From an uncultured Oscillospiraceae bacterium (GTDB lineage Bacteria; Bacillota; Clostridia; Oscillospirales; Ruminococcaceae), in NCBI GenBank assembly GCA_964607135.1, contig CAZSIV010000002.1, forward strand, positions 45,347-109,346: a DNA stretch of 64,000 nt. Reading direction: 5' to 3'. The notes under the pieces were generated by a model. It had not been told where the DNA came from. It did not search any database and saw only the letters and a list, made by a program, of their open reading frames with translations. Numbering within the stretch: position 1 is the first letter of the stretch; every line of letters starts with the position of its first letter. This document shows positions 1 to 9,412 of the stretch, piece by piece. Position numbers and translations under genes: made by a program.

Positions 1-12
1 GGAGGGATAGAG

Positions 13-315
13 ATGGAATATGAAAGAGCCGTAAAAAAAGCTGGATATTTCATCAGCGTGGAGTTGTTTACGCTGCTTTTCTGTATTGTAACGCCGATCA
101 TATGCCTATGGGTTACAGACGATACCTATATAGAAGCAGATCGGCTGTTAAACAACGTCGGCGGCAGCTTGATGGCTGTCTCGATCGGAGCCTTTTTGGT
201 AACACTGGCCGCATATTGTATCTTCCTGCGTAGAATTCCAGAAGAAATTGAAAGAATACGTCAAACGGAGCAGCTAGAAAGGCGGATCAGCATACTCGAA
301 AGCAAGAGCGATTGA
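13..315 (+). CDS. Small membrane protein, function unknown
   Basis: GGAGG RBS 6 nt upstream of the ATG. Two hydrophobic segments and a charged C-terminal helix, followed by a terminator hairpin. Confidence 0.5.
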   Translation: MEYERAVKKAGYFISVELFTLLFCIVTPIICLWVTDDTYIEADRLLNNVGGSLMAVSIGAFLVTLAAYCIFLRRIPEEIERIRQTEQLERRISILESKSD

Positions 316-322
316 ACGGTTA

Positions 323-350
323 AGAGAAGCGGTTATCGCTTCTCTTTTTG
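323..350 (+). terminator. Rho-independent terminator
   Basis: AGAGAAGCG-loop-CGCTTCTCT stem followed by TTTTTG. Confidence 0.5.
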
Positions 351-358
351 TTGTCTGC

Positions 359-385
359 AACTTTGTGCAGAATCTGCACGAAGTT
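359..385. repeat. Lox-like palindrome, site A
   Basis: AACTTTGTGCAGA-A-TCTGCACGAAGTT with one arm mismatch. Same family as the sites at 21627, 22753, 24032 and 24829. Lies between a terminator and the RBS of the next gene. Confidence 0.6.
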
Positions 386-405
386 AGAAAGGAGGTGCTT
401 ATGGC

Positions 406-2148
406 ATGCCGAATACGTTAGTCGTTAATCTATTCGCCGGGCCGGGTGCGGGGAAAAGCACCTGTGCCTGGCGGCTTGCTGGGGAACTGGCAAGACAGGG
501 CCTTCGGGTCGAATATGTGCCGGAGTATGCCAAAGAGCTGGTTTGGGATAACCGTATGGATTTGCTGGACGGCTCCTTGGAGCATCAACGGATGATATTC
601 GAGGAACAAAGCCGCCGTATCAGACGGCTGGACGGAAAAGTAGACGTTATCATTACCGATAGCCCGATCCTGCTTTCTTCCCTGTACATCAAGGAATCCT
701 CCCCTGAATTTGACGCAGAGGTGAGAGAGCGTTTTTTAAAGCAGAATCATTTTAATCTGTTTGTCAACCGAGGCAGGAATTTTGATCAAACAGGACGGAT
801 TCACAACGAGGCTGAGAGCTTGGCAATCGATGATAAAATCCAGAACTATTTAAGGTCGCATAAAATTTTCTGTATCGCCTATGACCGCGATGATATTGAA
901 AGGATTGCCGGAAATATTCAAAAAACCTGTGAGCGTATCAATTCTCCTGCTCCGGTTCAGGAAAATAGCACGCCGGAAAACTCAAACCAGATCAAAGCAT
1001 TTTTGCAGGAACGTGATATCAAACCAGACGAGCGTGTCTTTGTAGAGGTTTCATCTGCAAAACGCCCGAAATGGGTTAGATATGATCTGGATGCAATAAG
1101 AGATATTCCGATCCAGGAGATTTTGTCGGATTACGGGATTCAAATCCAGAAAAACGGCTTTTTTAAGCTGCGGAACGAACATACCGCTTCTGCTAAATAT
1201 TACCCTAAAACCAATTCGTGGTTTGATTTTGGCGGCGGGGATCATCAAGGCGGTGGGCCAATCCAACTCGTTATGGCTTTGGATGGCGTCGAGAAAAGCG
1301 AAGCGATTCAGCGGCTGGGAAAACAGTATCGCATACGCGAGCTAAATGTTCCGGCTGGCGCAGAGCGATTTAACTGGCTGTCGAACAAGGATTTTCAAAT
1401 GATAGGAGTGGATGCGCAAAACCCGATGAACACCCCATATAACCTGTTTGATGCTTATACAAAAGAGCAATCTATAAGGCTGACAAAGGCGATGAGCTTG
1501 CCGATGAACGAGCTGTTGGAGAAGGCCCCCGAACAGTATAGGTCGATTCTTGAAACGGTGGCTGTTCCCTTTGTCAAAGAAATTCGGACAGGATATTATC
1601 AGGCGCTCGACCACCTGTCTGCGGCGGAAAAGAAAGCGCAGGCAAATGCGTTGGAGCTATCGCTTCGTCGCGAGGCTGCTCAGCAGGCGTTTGACGATTA
1701 TGAAAAGTCCTATCTGATCCTCCGCAGCGGGGCATACAACGTGAAACTGGATATGTCAGATTTAAAACCGGACTTTGAACGAGACCTGAAGCTTGCCAGA
1801 CAAGGGCGTTTAAAGATCGAGGTTGGCGAATATCCATACTCTGAATTTAAAAAGCTTCCCGGCTTAAATTCATATTATGAGATGCCGAGCAATCAATACC
1901 GGCATATGCAGGAGCAGATTCATGATGGGAAATTAAAAGTTAGCCGCCCTTTTTCCGCATTTCAGCAGAATGGGGCGGTCAATCTTGTATTCAAACAGCC
2001 AGATAGGGAATACTTTGAAGATATGTTCCAAGGAATCGAATATTATGTAGATCATATCCTACCGGAGATAACGAGTAAAATTGAGGTAAAACCGACGATC
2101 AAAGCTGAACAGTTCACAGAACAGGAGTACGAAGAAATGGAGCGGTAA
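406..2148 (+). CDS. P-loop NTPase fused to a cysteine-less primase zinc-ribbon-like domain and a long helical tail
   Basis: Walker A GPGAGKST at residues 12-19 and a DSP Walker-B-like motif. Residues about 235-310 align by eye to the DnaG CHC2 zinc-binding region, but the Cys/His positions are replaced (RNEH, DFGGG). Confidence 0.55.
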   Translation: MPNTLVVNLFAGPGAGKSTCAWRLAGELARQGLRVEYVPEYAKELVWDNRMDLLDGSLEHQRMIFEEQSRRIRRLDGKVDVIITDSPILLSSLYIKESSPEFDAEVRERFLKQNHFNLFVNRGRNFDQTGRIHNEAESLAIDDKIQNYLRSHKIFCIAYDRDDIERIAGNIQKTCERINSPAPVQENSTPENSNQIKAFLQERDIKPDERVFVEVSSAKRPKWVRYDLDAIRDIPIQEILSDYGIQIQKNGFFKLRNEHTASAKYYPKTNSWFDFGGGDHQGGGPIQLVMALDGVEKSEAIQRLGKQYRIRELNVPAGAERFNWLSNKDFQMIGVDAQNPMNTPYNLFDAYTKEQSIRLTKAMSLPMNELLEKAPEQYRSILETVAVPFVKEIRTGYYQALDHLSAAEKKAQANALELSLRREAAQQAFDDYEKSYLILRSGAYNVKLDMSDLKPDFERDLKLARQGRLKIEVGEYPYSEFKKLPGLNSYYEMPSNQYRHMQEQIHDGKLKVSRPFSAFQQNGAVNLVFKQPDREYFEDMFQGIEYYVDHILPEITSKIEVKPTIKAEQFTEQEYEEMER

Positions 2149-2165
2149 ATTTAGAAAGAAAAGGG

Positions 2166-2369
2166 ATGGATAAGATGTCATATCTGGAATCAGAGGTTGT
2201 AAAACAGTATGAGAAAGGATATTCTCTCCGGAAAATCGGATCGTATTATGCCGAAGAGACAGGATATCAACAGGCCAAATCGGAGCATCAGATAACCCGG
2301 ATTATTTACGAGTATTTATTGAATCAGAAGAACAAAGGAGGGAGCAGAGAAACGGGATACGACGGATGA
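2166..2369 (+). CDS. Small putative HTH DNA-binding protein
   Basis: 67 aa; YEKGYSLRKIGSYY resembles a helix-turn-helix. Assignment is weak. Confidence 0.35.
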   Translation: MDKMSYLESEVVKQYEKGYSLRKIGSYYAEETGYQQAKSEHQITRIIYEYLLNQKNKGGSRETGYDG

Positions 2370-2420
2370 GAAAATACAGGTTGTTGTCATATTCATTCTT
2401 TGTGATCTAAAGGAGGAAAA

Positions 2421-3512
2421 ATGAAGAAATTATTTGCAGGACTGATTACGGCGTCAGTCCTTTTTTGCTGCCCATTTTTAGCCGTTGCTGCCGATTCTCT
2501 ACCGGATAATCAACTTGAGCTCACCAAAGAATACATCACAACTGATTCTGACTTCGCAGGACAGTATGACAAAGATTTTGCTACATCTATCGAGCAAGAC
2601 GGGGAAAAATGGAATCTTCTCCAGGTAAGTTATACTGTCTCGAAGGAAACGGCTTTAGAAAGGCTGAAACCGATTCAACACATTGTCACTTACGATAATT
2701 TATATGAGATGCGTGTAAATGCACCGAAGGAATTAATCATCATAGAGGACGACAATGAAGTAACTGTTAGATTAACCAACGTCGAATACACGCCAAAAAT
2801 AATTACCGGGCGGCGACACACAGTTTTATCCCATACAGATTACGGTTTGCAGGTAGACACGCCAAATCCAGCTGCGACTACGACCGTGGATTATTACGAT
2901 GAACAGTCAGAACAGACGATAAAAGTTGAGTTGCCGTTTAAAGAATTGGTTGAGCTTGACGGTTACGCTTGGCGCAGCGACTTTTCACTGCCGATCAAGG
3001 TATCAATTTATGAGGCGCAGTTCTATGCGATCAGCGATAAGCTGATTCCGTATAACGAGGAAGCTCCGGCGATTCAGGGAGCCGAGAAAGAAATCCTTCT
3101 TTCCGCAGGGCTTGATCCTGAAAAATATGTGATCGACAAAGCCGTATGGGTAGGTGATCCATACCAAACGGGTGAAACGACGTCGCGTGACGCGTTGGCG
3201 ACTGGCAGACGATATGCTGCAAACTATCAGGCTCTTTACGAGGGCGAAATCGGTTTGCCGGATGCACCGGGATATATCGCCACTGTTACCTATGAGGGTG
3301 AGAGTACGATCCACAGCGGCAAAACGGAATACACCGTTACAGCTAAAGCGTTATATCAGCGCGATGATACCGCTTTTATTACAACAGTTGCTCTGTCGGT
3401 TTCCGTTGCAGTGCTGCTACTCCTTTCCGCCGTTATAATTCTGCTTGCCCTGTTTGCAAAAAAGCGGAAAAGGAAGGATGCGCCAAAGGAAGCTGAGAAA
3501 TCTCAGCCCTGA
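2421..3512 (+). CDS. Secreted, C-terminally membrane-anchored surface protein (possible mating adhesin)
   Basis: N-terminal signal peptide (LFCCPFLAVAAD), a C-terminal TM segment plus a KKRKRK stop-transfer tail, and no LPXTG motif. Confidence 0.55.
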   Translation: MKKLFAGLITASVLFCCPFLAVAADSLPDNQLELTKEYITTDSDFAGQYDKDFATSIEQDGEKWNLLQVSYTVSKETALERLKPIQHIVTYDNLYEMRVNAPKELIIIEDDNEVTVRLTNVEYTPKIITGRRHTVLSHTDYGLQVDTPNPAATTTVDYYDEQSEQTIKVELPFKELVELDGYAWRSDFSLPIKVSIYEAQFYAISDKLIPYNEEAPAIQGAEKEILLSAGLDPEKYVIDKAVWVGDPYQTGETTSRDALATGRRYAANYQALYEGEIGLPDAPGYIATVTYEGESTIHSGKTEYTVTAKALYQRDDTAFITTVALSVSVAVLLLLSAVIILLALFAKKRKRKDAPKEAEKSQP

Positions 3513-3535
3513 TTTGATAAGTTTTAAAAGAAAGG

Positions 3536-4624
3536 GTGATTTTGTTGATAGCATTTGTTGGTGCATCAGACAGCCGGTATATTGTTACGGAGGTGCTGAG
3601 TGAAAAAGGACTGGAGTTTAACGATCTTTCCGACAAAATGATCCGGCTCGACGATCTGCAAACGCTTCTTTTAACAGAGGATTACGAACAATATATTATT
3701 GATCTCGAATTTTTAGGAACAGAGCCGCGGGAGATCGCGGCTCTGTTCCGTAAATTAAAGGAGGTTTCGACTGCCGAATGCATCTTTATTGCCAAAGGTT
3801 TTTCTCTGGACAGCATTCTGATCCAGGCGCTGCGAAACGCAGGTTTTCTTAAATATGTTTCCGGGAGAACCATCGGCGTTCAAAAAGAGCAGCTTGCCGC
3901 CTGTCTCGACGGAAAGGACAATGCGCTGGAACTTGACCGGGTACAGCAGATACGTCAGATCGAGGCTGCAGATCAGCCGTCTGTATCCGAAGTTAAAACG
4001 TCAAGGACGGTCGCATTCTGCGGAACACAAGCGCGGGTTGGGACAACGACGCAGGCAATCCAATTTTCAAAATATTTGCAGCTTCGCGGCCTTTCGGTCT
4101 GTTATATTGAAGCAAATGAAAATCGTCATGTTGAGGAAATCCCGTCCCTGTTTGAAATCCAATACCGTGACGACCATCTTTCGCTGATCCGGTTTGAAAA
4201 CCTTGATTTGTATTATGACGTTTTCCGGATTGCAGAGATTTACGAACGGAAATATGACGTATATGTTTTTGACTTCGGAGTTTTTCCGAAAAACAACATC
4301 CTGCCGTTTCTGGAAAAGAACATGAAAGTAGTTGTCAGCGGATCAAAGCCGTGGGAATTGAATGATACTATGCAGGTGTTAAAGGAGCTTCAGGAAAAAG
4401 ATGTGCAGTATGTTTTCAGCTTTACTGAAAAAGGAATCCGAGAGGATCTGCTTAAAAGCATGAAGGACAAACGGGGGAATACGTTTTTTTGCGATTATAG
4501 TCCTAATATGTTCAATTTGTGCGCTGTGGATAAACCGCTGCACGACGCACTTTTTGAAAAGCTGAAGATCATGCCGCAGGGCAAAAAGGCGCGCGGCTTC
4601 AAAGGAAGGAGAAAGAGCCGATGA
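3536..4624 (+). CDS. TadZ/CpaE-like protein: pseudo-receiver N-domain plus degenerate ParA/MinD-like domain
   Basis: VAFCGTQARVGTTTQA occupies the deviant Walker A position but lacks the GK[ST] lysine. VYVFDFG resembles a Walker B strand. Confidence 0.4.
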   Translation: MILLIAFVGASDSRYIVTEVLSEKGLEFNDLSDKMIRLDDLQTLLLTEDYEQYIIDLEFLGTEPREIAALFRKLKEVSTAECIFIAKGFSLDSILIQALRNAGFLKYVSGRTIGVQKEQLAACLDGKDNALELDRVQQIRQIEAADQPSVSEVKTSRTVAFCGTQARVGTTTQAIQFSKYLQLRGLSVCYIEANENRHVEEIPSLFEIQYRDDHLSLIRFENLDLYYDVFRIAEIYERKYDVYVFDFGVFPKNNILPFLEKNMKVVVSGSKPWELNDTMQVLKELQEKDVQYVFSFTEKGIREDLLKSMKDKRGNTFFCDYSPNMFNLCAVDKPLHDALFEKLKIMPQGKKARGFKGRRKSR

Positions 4625-4908
4625 AGATGAAGCCGACACTGCAAAAACGGCTTGATGAAGAACAGAAGCAGCGCAGCCGGTACAAAAAGCAGTATGGCAT
4701 TGAAGATGAAAATATCGTCGTCGTTGAGAAGCGAAGCACCGTGAAAGCAATCGCCGAGATTCTGCGGCAGTTTATCCGTTGGCTTGCCATTGCTGCGATT
4801 GCTTTGCTCTCCCTGTCCGGGCTGTATGCCTGGATTTATTTTTATAAAGAACTGTCCGACGGCTTACAGGCCGCCGTTCAGGAAATACAAACCCTATTAC
4901 ATTTATGA
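4621..4908 (+). CDS. Small single-pass membrane protein
   Basis: Basic N-terminus then one TM segment. Translationally coupled to its neighbours (overlapping stop/start). Confidence 0.45.
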   Translation: MKMKPTLQKRLDEEQKQRSRYKKQYGIEDENIVVVEKRSTVKAIAEILRQFIRWLAIAAIALLSLSGLYAWIYFYKELSDGLQAAVQEIQTLLHL

Positions 4909-4922
4909 AGGAGTGTCCTGCA

Positions 4923-5243
4923 ATGAAAAAAACATGGAAAACCACATTATCCGCTGCTGTGACAGTAATCGTTGCCTCGCTGCCGTTTACAGCGTCCGCA
5001 GCCGGGGAAGTCAGTACAGATCAATTGCAAAACAGCATCTACAGCTTCGGGGATTATTTGATGGGATTTGCCGTCCCGGTTGGTCTGGTTGCATTGGTAA
5101 TCGGACTGTTTGCTCTGGTTGGAACACAACAGGCAAAACAGTGGGCGAAAGCGCACATTTTCTGGGTAGTTGTGGCGATACTTGGGATCATCCTTGCCCC
5201 CAGCATCGTCATGTCGGTACAGTCGATGGCACAAGGAGGCTGA
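4923..5243 (+). CDS. VirB2/TrbC-like pilin-type protein
   Basis: Signal peptide ending ASAAGE, then two hydrophobic helices. Size and position (just before the coupling protein) fit T4SS pilin-like subunits. GAAGGAG RBS before the ATG at 4923; the ORF opens at 4905. Confidence 0.5.
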   Translation: MKKTWKTTLSAAVTVIVASLPFTASAAGEVSTDQLQNSIYSFGDYLMGFAVPVGLVALVIGLFALVGTQQAKQWAKAHIFWVVVAILGIILAPSIVMSVQSMAQGG

Positions 5244-5249
5244 TTTTGT

Positions 5250-7367
5250 ATGAGTGCCCGTGAAAAGCTTACAGGACTTCTTAAAGAAGATCAGCCACTG
5301 CGGGAGAAATACAAAAGGACGAAGCTCCTGCCGGAAAACGACTTGTTGTCCGACCGTCGGGTTCTTCTGGCGGTCGGAATAGGGATCGTTGCGCTATGCC
5401 TGTTCGCTGCGCAAATACTCTGCCGGAGTATCGCGAACCTCCCTGCAATGTTTCATGGACAGCCGACACACTCCCTGTTGGTTCCATCGCTTGATTTTAT
5501 AGGGTGGTATTTTTTAGCGTTCCTGATCGGCGCCGGGCTTGCCATTGTTTTCGCTTACCGGATTCGCAGCTCATTCACCGCTATGAATGTTGGTCAAAAA
5601 GGGAAAGCCCGTTTTGCGACCTTTGCAGAGATTCGGGAGACGTATAAAGAAATACCGGAAAAGGATTTGGCCTTTCCGGGACGCGGCGGTCTGCCGGTTG
5701 CGCGCAGCGGAGACAGGCTGTATATTGACGACAGCATTAATAACAATTTGATCGAGGCAATCACGCGGGGCGGAAAGGGTGAGATTCTTGTTATTCCGAC
5801 GATTGATATTTTATCCAGGGCAAAAGAGCAATCCAGTATGGTCATTTTTGACGTTAAAGGGGAGCTTGCCCGCGCCTCATCCGCAAAGCTTATTGAGCGC
5901 GGATACGAAATTTTTATCCTTGACCTGATTGATCCGGAACACACGATGTACTGGAATCTTCTGCAAATTGTAGTGGACTATTATATGACTGATAAGAGCA
6001 TGGCCGAAGAAGCCTGCCGGACAATTGCTTCGTCAATTTTTGAGGACAAGAATGCGAAAGACCGATTTTGGGTCAATGCGCCGATTGATCTGTTTACCGC
6101 CGTCGCCATCGCGCATGTCGAGGATTGTCTGAGGGACGGCCATCCGGAAAAGATCAACATGTATTCTGTCTATCTCTTTATCGTTACCCTGGAAGCAATG
6201 AGAGACGAGAAAAGCAAGGAATCCGCTTTGGATCAGTTCTTTATGAGCCGTCCGGCTACAGATCGGGCCAGGCTTAAGTATGCGACCATTAAATTTTCCG
6301 AAGGGAAAACCAGAGCGTCGATTCTCTCTATCCTCGCCAGCGAGCTGTCGATTTTTGGATATGAAAACATCGCCAAAATGACGGCGCTGAACACCATTGA
6401 TCTTTTGAAAATCGGGTTTGGCGATAAGCCGGTGGCAGTATTTTTGCGGGTACCGCAAAGCAAAAAGCCATTTTATCCGCTGGTGAGTATCTTTGTCAAT
6501 CAGATGTATTTTCGTCTGACCGATTATGCGTCGTCCCAGAACAAGGGAAAATGCAGACGGCCTGTTAAAGTAATCGGGGATGAAGCCTTTAACTTTCCGC
6601 CGCTGCTCGATGCGGATGGAATGTTATCGGTATGCTTGGGGTATCAGATCAGCTTTGATTTATATGCGCAGTCCCGTCAGCAGATTTATAAGGTGTATGG
6701 GAAAGAAGCGGGCGAGATCATCGAAGATAACTGCTCAACCCTTGTTTACCTGATTTCCCCCGGTGAGGACACAAGGAAAATGGTTTCTGAACGCCTTGGA
6801 AATTACACCAGCGAAAACGTTTCACGAAGCGGCGGGCGGTTTTCTCTCGGAAAAAATATCACTGAAAGTTATGAGGAACGGCCTTTGATGTCAACGAAGG
6901 AACTGCTCGAAATGAGGGAGGGTGATATGATTGTTGTTCCGCTAATGAAGCGTCGCAACTTAAAAGGGGAACGCATTATCGCAAGGCCGGTCAAGGCGGC
7001 GGGAGAAACGGCAATGAAGTACCGGTATGAATATTTGACAGATTTTGATCCCGCTGCTGATATCCCCTATGAGGCGCTGCCGTACTCCAAGCCTCTAACG
7101 GAGATCGATTTAAACGAGCTTTTTTACTTACCTCAAGAATCTGGACAGCGCCCGGACACTGAAATTCCGGCGTTACAGCAGGAAGCGCCCTGTCTGCATG
7201 GAGAAAAATTAAAATTTGTAGCAAAGAAACTGAACGCGGTCGGTATTTATCTTGATAGTTTAGAGACTATTCCAATACCGGAATTGCTGGAACAGATGAA
7301 AGAATTTTACCAATTTGGGACTCTGTCAGATATGGATTATACCGCAATGAAAAAATTAATTGAATAG
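5250..7367 (+). CDS. Type IV coupling protein (VirD4/TraG family)
   Basis: Two N-terminal TM helices, a TRGGKGE P-loop, a VIGDEAFNF Walker B motif, and a length of 705 aa. Confidence 0.85.
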   Translation: MSAREKLTGLLKEDQPLREKYKRTKLLPENDLLSDRRVLLAVGIGIVALCLFAAQILCRSIANLPAMFHGQPTHSLLVPSLDFIGWYFLAFLIGAGLAIVFAYRIRSSFTAMNVGQKGKARFATFAEIRETYKEIPEKDLAFPGRGGLPVARSGDRLYIDDSINNNLIEAITRGGKGEILVIPTIDILSRAKEQSSMVIFDVKGELARASSAKLIERGYEIFILDLIDPEHTMYWNLLQIVVDYYMTDKSMAEEACRTIASSIFEDKNAKDRFWVNAPIDLFTAVAIAHVEDCLRDGHPEKINMYSVYLFIVTLEAMRDEKSKESALDQFFMSRPATDRARLKYATIKFSEGKTRASILSILASELSIFGYENIAKMTALNTIDLLKIGFGDKPVAVFLRVPQSKKPFYPLVSIFVNQMYFRLTDYASSQNKGKCRRPVKVIGDEAFNFPPLLDADGMLSVCLGYQISFDLYAQSRQQIYKVYGKEAGEIIEDNCSTLVYLISPGEDTRKMVSERLGNYTSENVSRSGGRFSLGKNITESYEERPLMSTKELLEMREGDMIVVPLMKRRNLKGERIIARPVKAAGETAMKYRYEYLTDFDPAADIPYEALPYSKPLTEIDLNELFYLPQESGQRPDTEIPALQQEAPCLHGEKLKFVAKKLNAVGIYLDSLETIPIPELLEQMKEFYQFGTLSDMDYTAMKKLIE

Positions 7368-7378
7368 AAAGGAGGGGG

Positions 7379-9412
7379 ATGAAAATCGATCCGTTTGAAA
7401 CATTGTTACAGTATGATGACTTATTCACTGTAACGAATAATTTTGCACTGTATATTCTTCGTTTTCTCGGCTGGTGGATTCTGCGCATCCTGACGATGAT
7501 GATTACCGCAGTGGAACAGGCGGTCAATGCCTTGTTCCAAAATATTGACTTTATAAACAGCCCGGAGATTATGTCTTTAGTCGATCAGCTTAAGCCTGCC
7601 GCATGGGGGCTGATGATCGTCGGCGTGATCCTGCTGTTTTACGGTTTGATGACAAACCGCGTGAAATCGAAGGGACAGATTCCCTTTAATTTTATCTGCT
7701 TTTTTATTATTATGATCGGTCTGCCGTCTTTTCTTTCTGAGTTAAATCAGCTCACGAGTGCGGGGATCAACACCTTTAAAGACACATCAGAAGCAAGTAT
7801 GGCACAGACGCTGCTAGATAACGGAATTCAGGATTTATATTATTACGATCAGAACAGCTTTTCAGCCGAGGCGCTGAAACAGCGCAATAATATTCCAACT
7901 GATAAGATCGAGTATATCAATCCTGTGGAGCTGCTGCGACCAAATCAGGCGCGGAACCCAGATGTCGTCGGGCAGCAGATCGGTCTTGACAGCAACGGGA
8001 ACTATCAGTTAAACCAGCTTGGCGACGGACTGTTTGGATGGGAGATTCTGGCCAGTTACTATTACAGGTATAAGGTAGACTGGATTCCCTTGTTTATTTC
8101 CCTGTTTGCGATGTTGATTGCGCTGATTTTTTCTGCTATCAAAATAGGAAAGATCATTTTTGAGCTAGGATATAACGTGTATGTACTGCTTTTTGTCTCA
8201 GCAATCGACTTGACAAGCGGAGAGCGTACCAAACGAGTATGTTCCGAAATTCTATCTCTGTTTTTGGTCCTGATTGCCATTGCCCTTTTATTCCGGGTGT
8301 ATATTATAGGCGTTTCATGGGTATCCCGCACCTTTGATGGGCTTGCCCAGGCGTTTGCCATGCTTGGCTTTTCATGGGCGCTGATCGACGGGCCGAATAT
8401 CGTTCAAAAAATACTCGGAATCGACGCAGGACTTTCTAGCGCATTCCATACAATCATGGGAGTTTATCAGGGTGCGAGAGTGGCGACTGGCCTTGCAAAA
8501 GGCGCGGCGCATGTTGCGAAATCCGGGTTTCATGGTTTGTCAAAAGCGGCTGGCGGCACTGCCCATGCAGCAGCGGCAGTTGGCGGCTATACGGCAGGAA
8601 GAACGCGAGGATTTCATGAATATGTCAAAGGAAAACAGGAAGCGTCCAAAAGTCAGGGACGCGCCGGCCCAGTATACGGTTATTCATCCTTCGGAAATTC
8701 GTTAGAAGGTGGCAAGCAGCCGCCGAAATTGGGTGATGGAAAATTCCCGGAATCCGCCGGAAATCCGCCAGCCGATATGGGAACCAGCCCACATGGTGGG
8801 AATCCCGTTGGAACGTTTTCACCGGAAATTGGTGGGAACCAATCGGAGAGTCCGGAGATAAAGAATAATGATGATTTCAGGATAGATCCGTCGAGCAGCG
8901 CAGGGCAGAAAAATGTAGGCGAATCGTCGGAACACCCGGAGGTAAATGGGAATGACAGCTCCAAGATTGGTGCGCCAGACGACGCAGGACGGCAGAGCGC
9001 GGCTGAACCACAGGGACAGCCGGCGGCTAAAAACGAACGGCCAAACGAGCACAAAGGGCGTGTGTCGGATCGGACGACAACTCTTGGCGGTTTGATAAAG
9101 GGCGGCCTTTCTCAAAAGTTTGAACCTTCAAGGGACAAGATGCTGGGTGTTATGGAGAAGTCCTATGACATTGGAAGAAATACGGCGATCAAAGGGATGC
9201 AGAACCGCGATGAGGTGGCAGGGCGGATCAAGAATAAATTTGCGTCTGCCTATGAACCGCAGCGCCCTGTAAATCCTTCTCATCCACAACCGTCCGCCCC
9301 GGCACAACCGCCCCGCCCAGCTGTGGAGAAGGATAAACGTTTACCAGAGCGACAGCCTAAAGCAACAAAAAAAGGAGGTAAAAAGCGTGGCGGCAATCAA
9401 TCGAAACCTTGA
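7379..9412 (+). CDS. VirB6/TrbL-like polytopic T4SS membrane protein with long disordered C-terminal tail
   Basis: At least 6 predicted TM helices in residues 20-360, then about 270 aa of G/P/S/N/K-rich low-complexity sequence. Sits between the coupling protein and PrgI-like genes. Confidence 0.6.
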   Translation: MKIDPFETLLQYDDLFTVTNNFALYILRFLGWWILRILTMMITAVEQAVNALFQNIDFINSPEIMSLVDQLKPAAWGLMIVGVILLFYGLMTNRVKSKGQIPFNFICFFIIMIGLPSFLSELNQLTSAGINTFKDTSEASMAQTLLDNGIQDLYYYDQNSFSAEALKQRNNIPTDKIEYINPVELLRPNQARNPDVVGQQIGLDSNGNYQLNQLGDGLFGWEILASYYYRYKVDWIPLFISLFAMLIALIFSAIKIGKIIFELGYNVYVLLFVSAIDLTSGERTKRVCSEILSLFLVLIAIALLFRVYIIGVSWVSRTFDGLAQAFAMLGFSWALIDGPNIVQKILGIDAGLSSAFHTIMGVYQGARVATGLAKGAAHVAKSGFHGLSKAAGGTAHAAAAVGGYTAGRTRGFHEYVKGKQEASKSQGRAGPVYGYSSFGNSLEGGKQPPKLGDGKFPESAGNPPADMGTSPHGGNPVGTFSPEIGGNQSESPEIKNNDDFRIDPSSSAGQKNVGESSEHPEVNGNDSSKIGAPDDAGRQSAAEPQGQPAAKNERPNEHKGRVSDRTTTLGGLIKGGLSQKFEPSRDKMLGVMEKSYDIGRNTAIKGMQNRDEVAGRIKNKFASAYEPQRPVNPSHPQPSAPAQPPRPAVEKDKRLPERQPKATKKGGKKRGGNQSKP

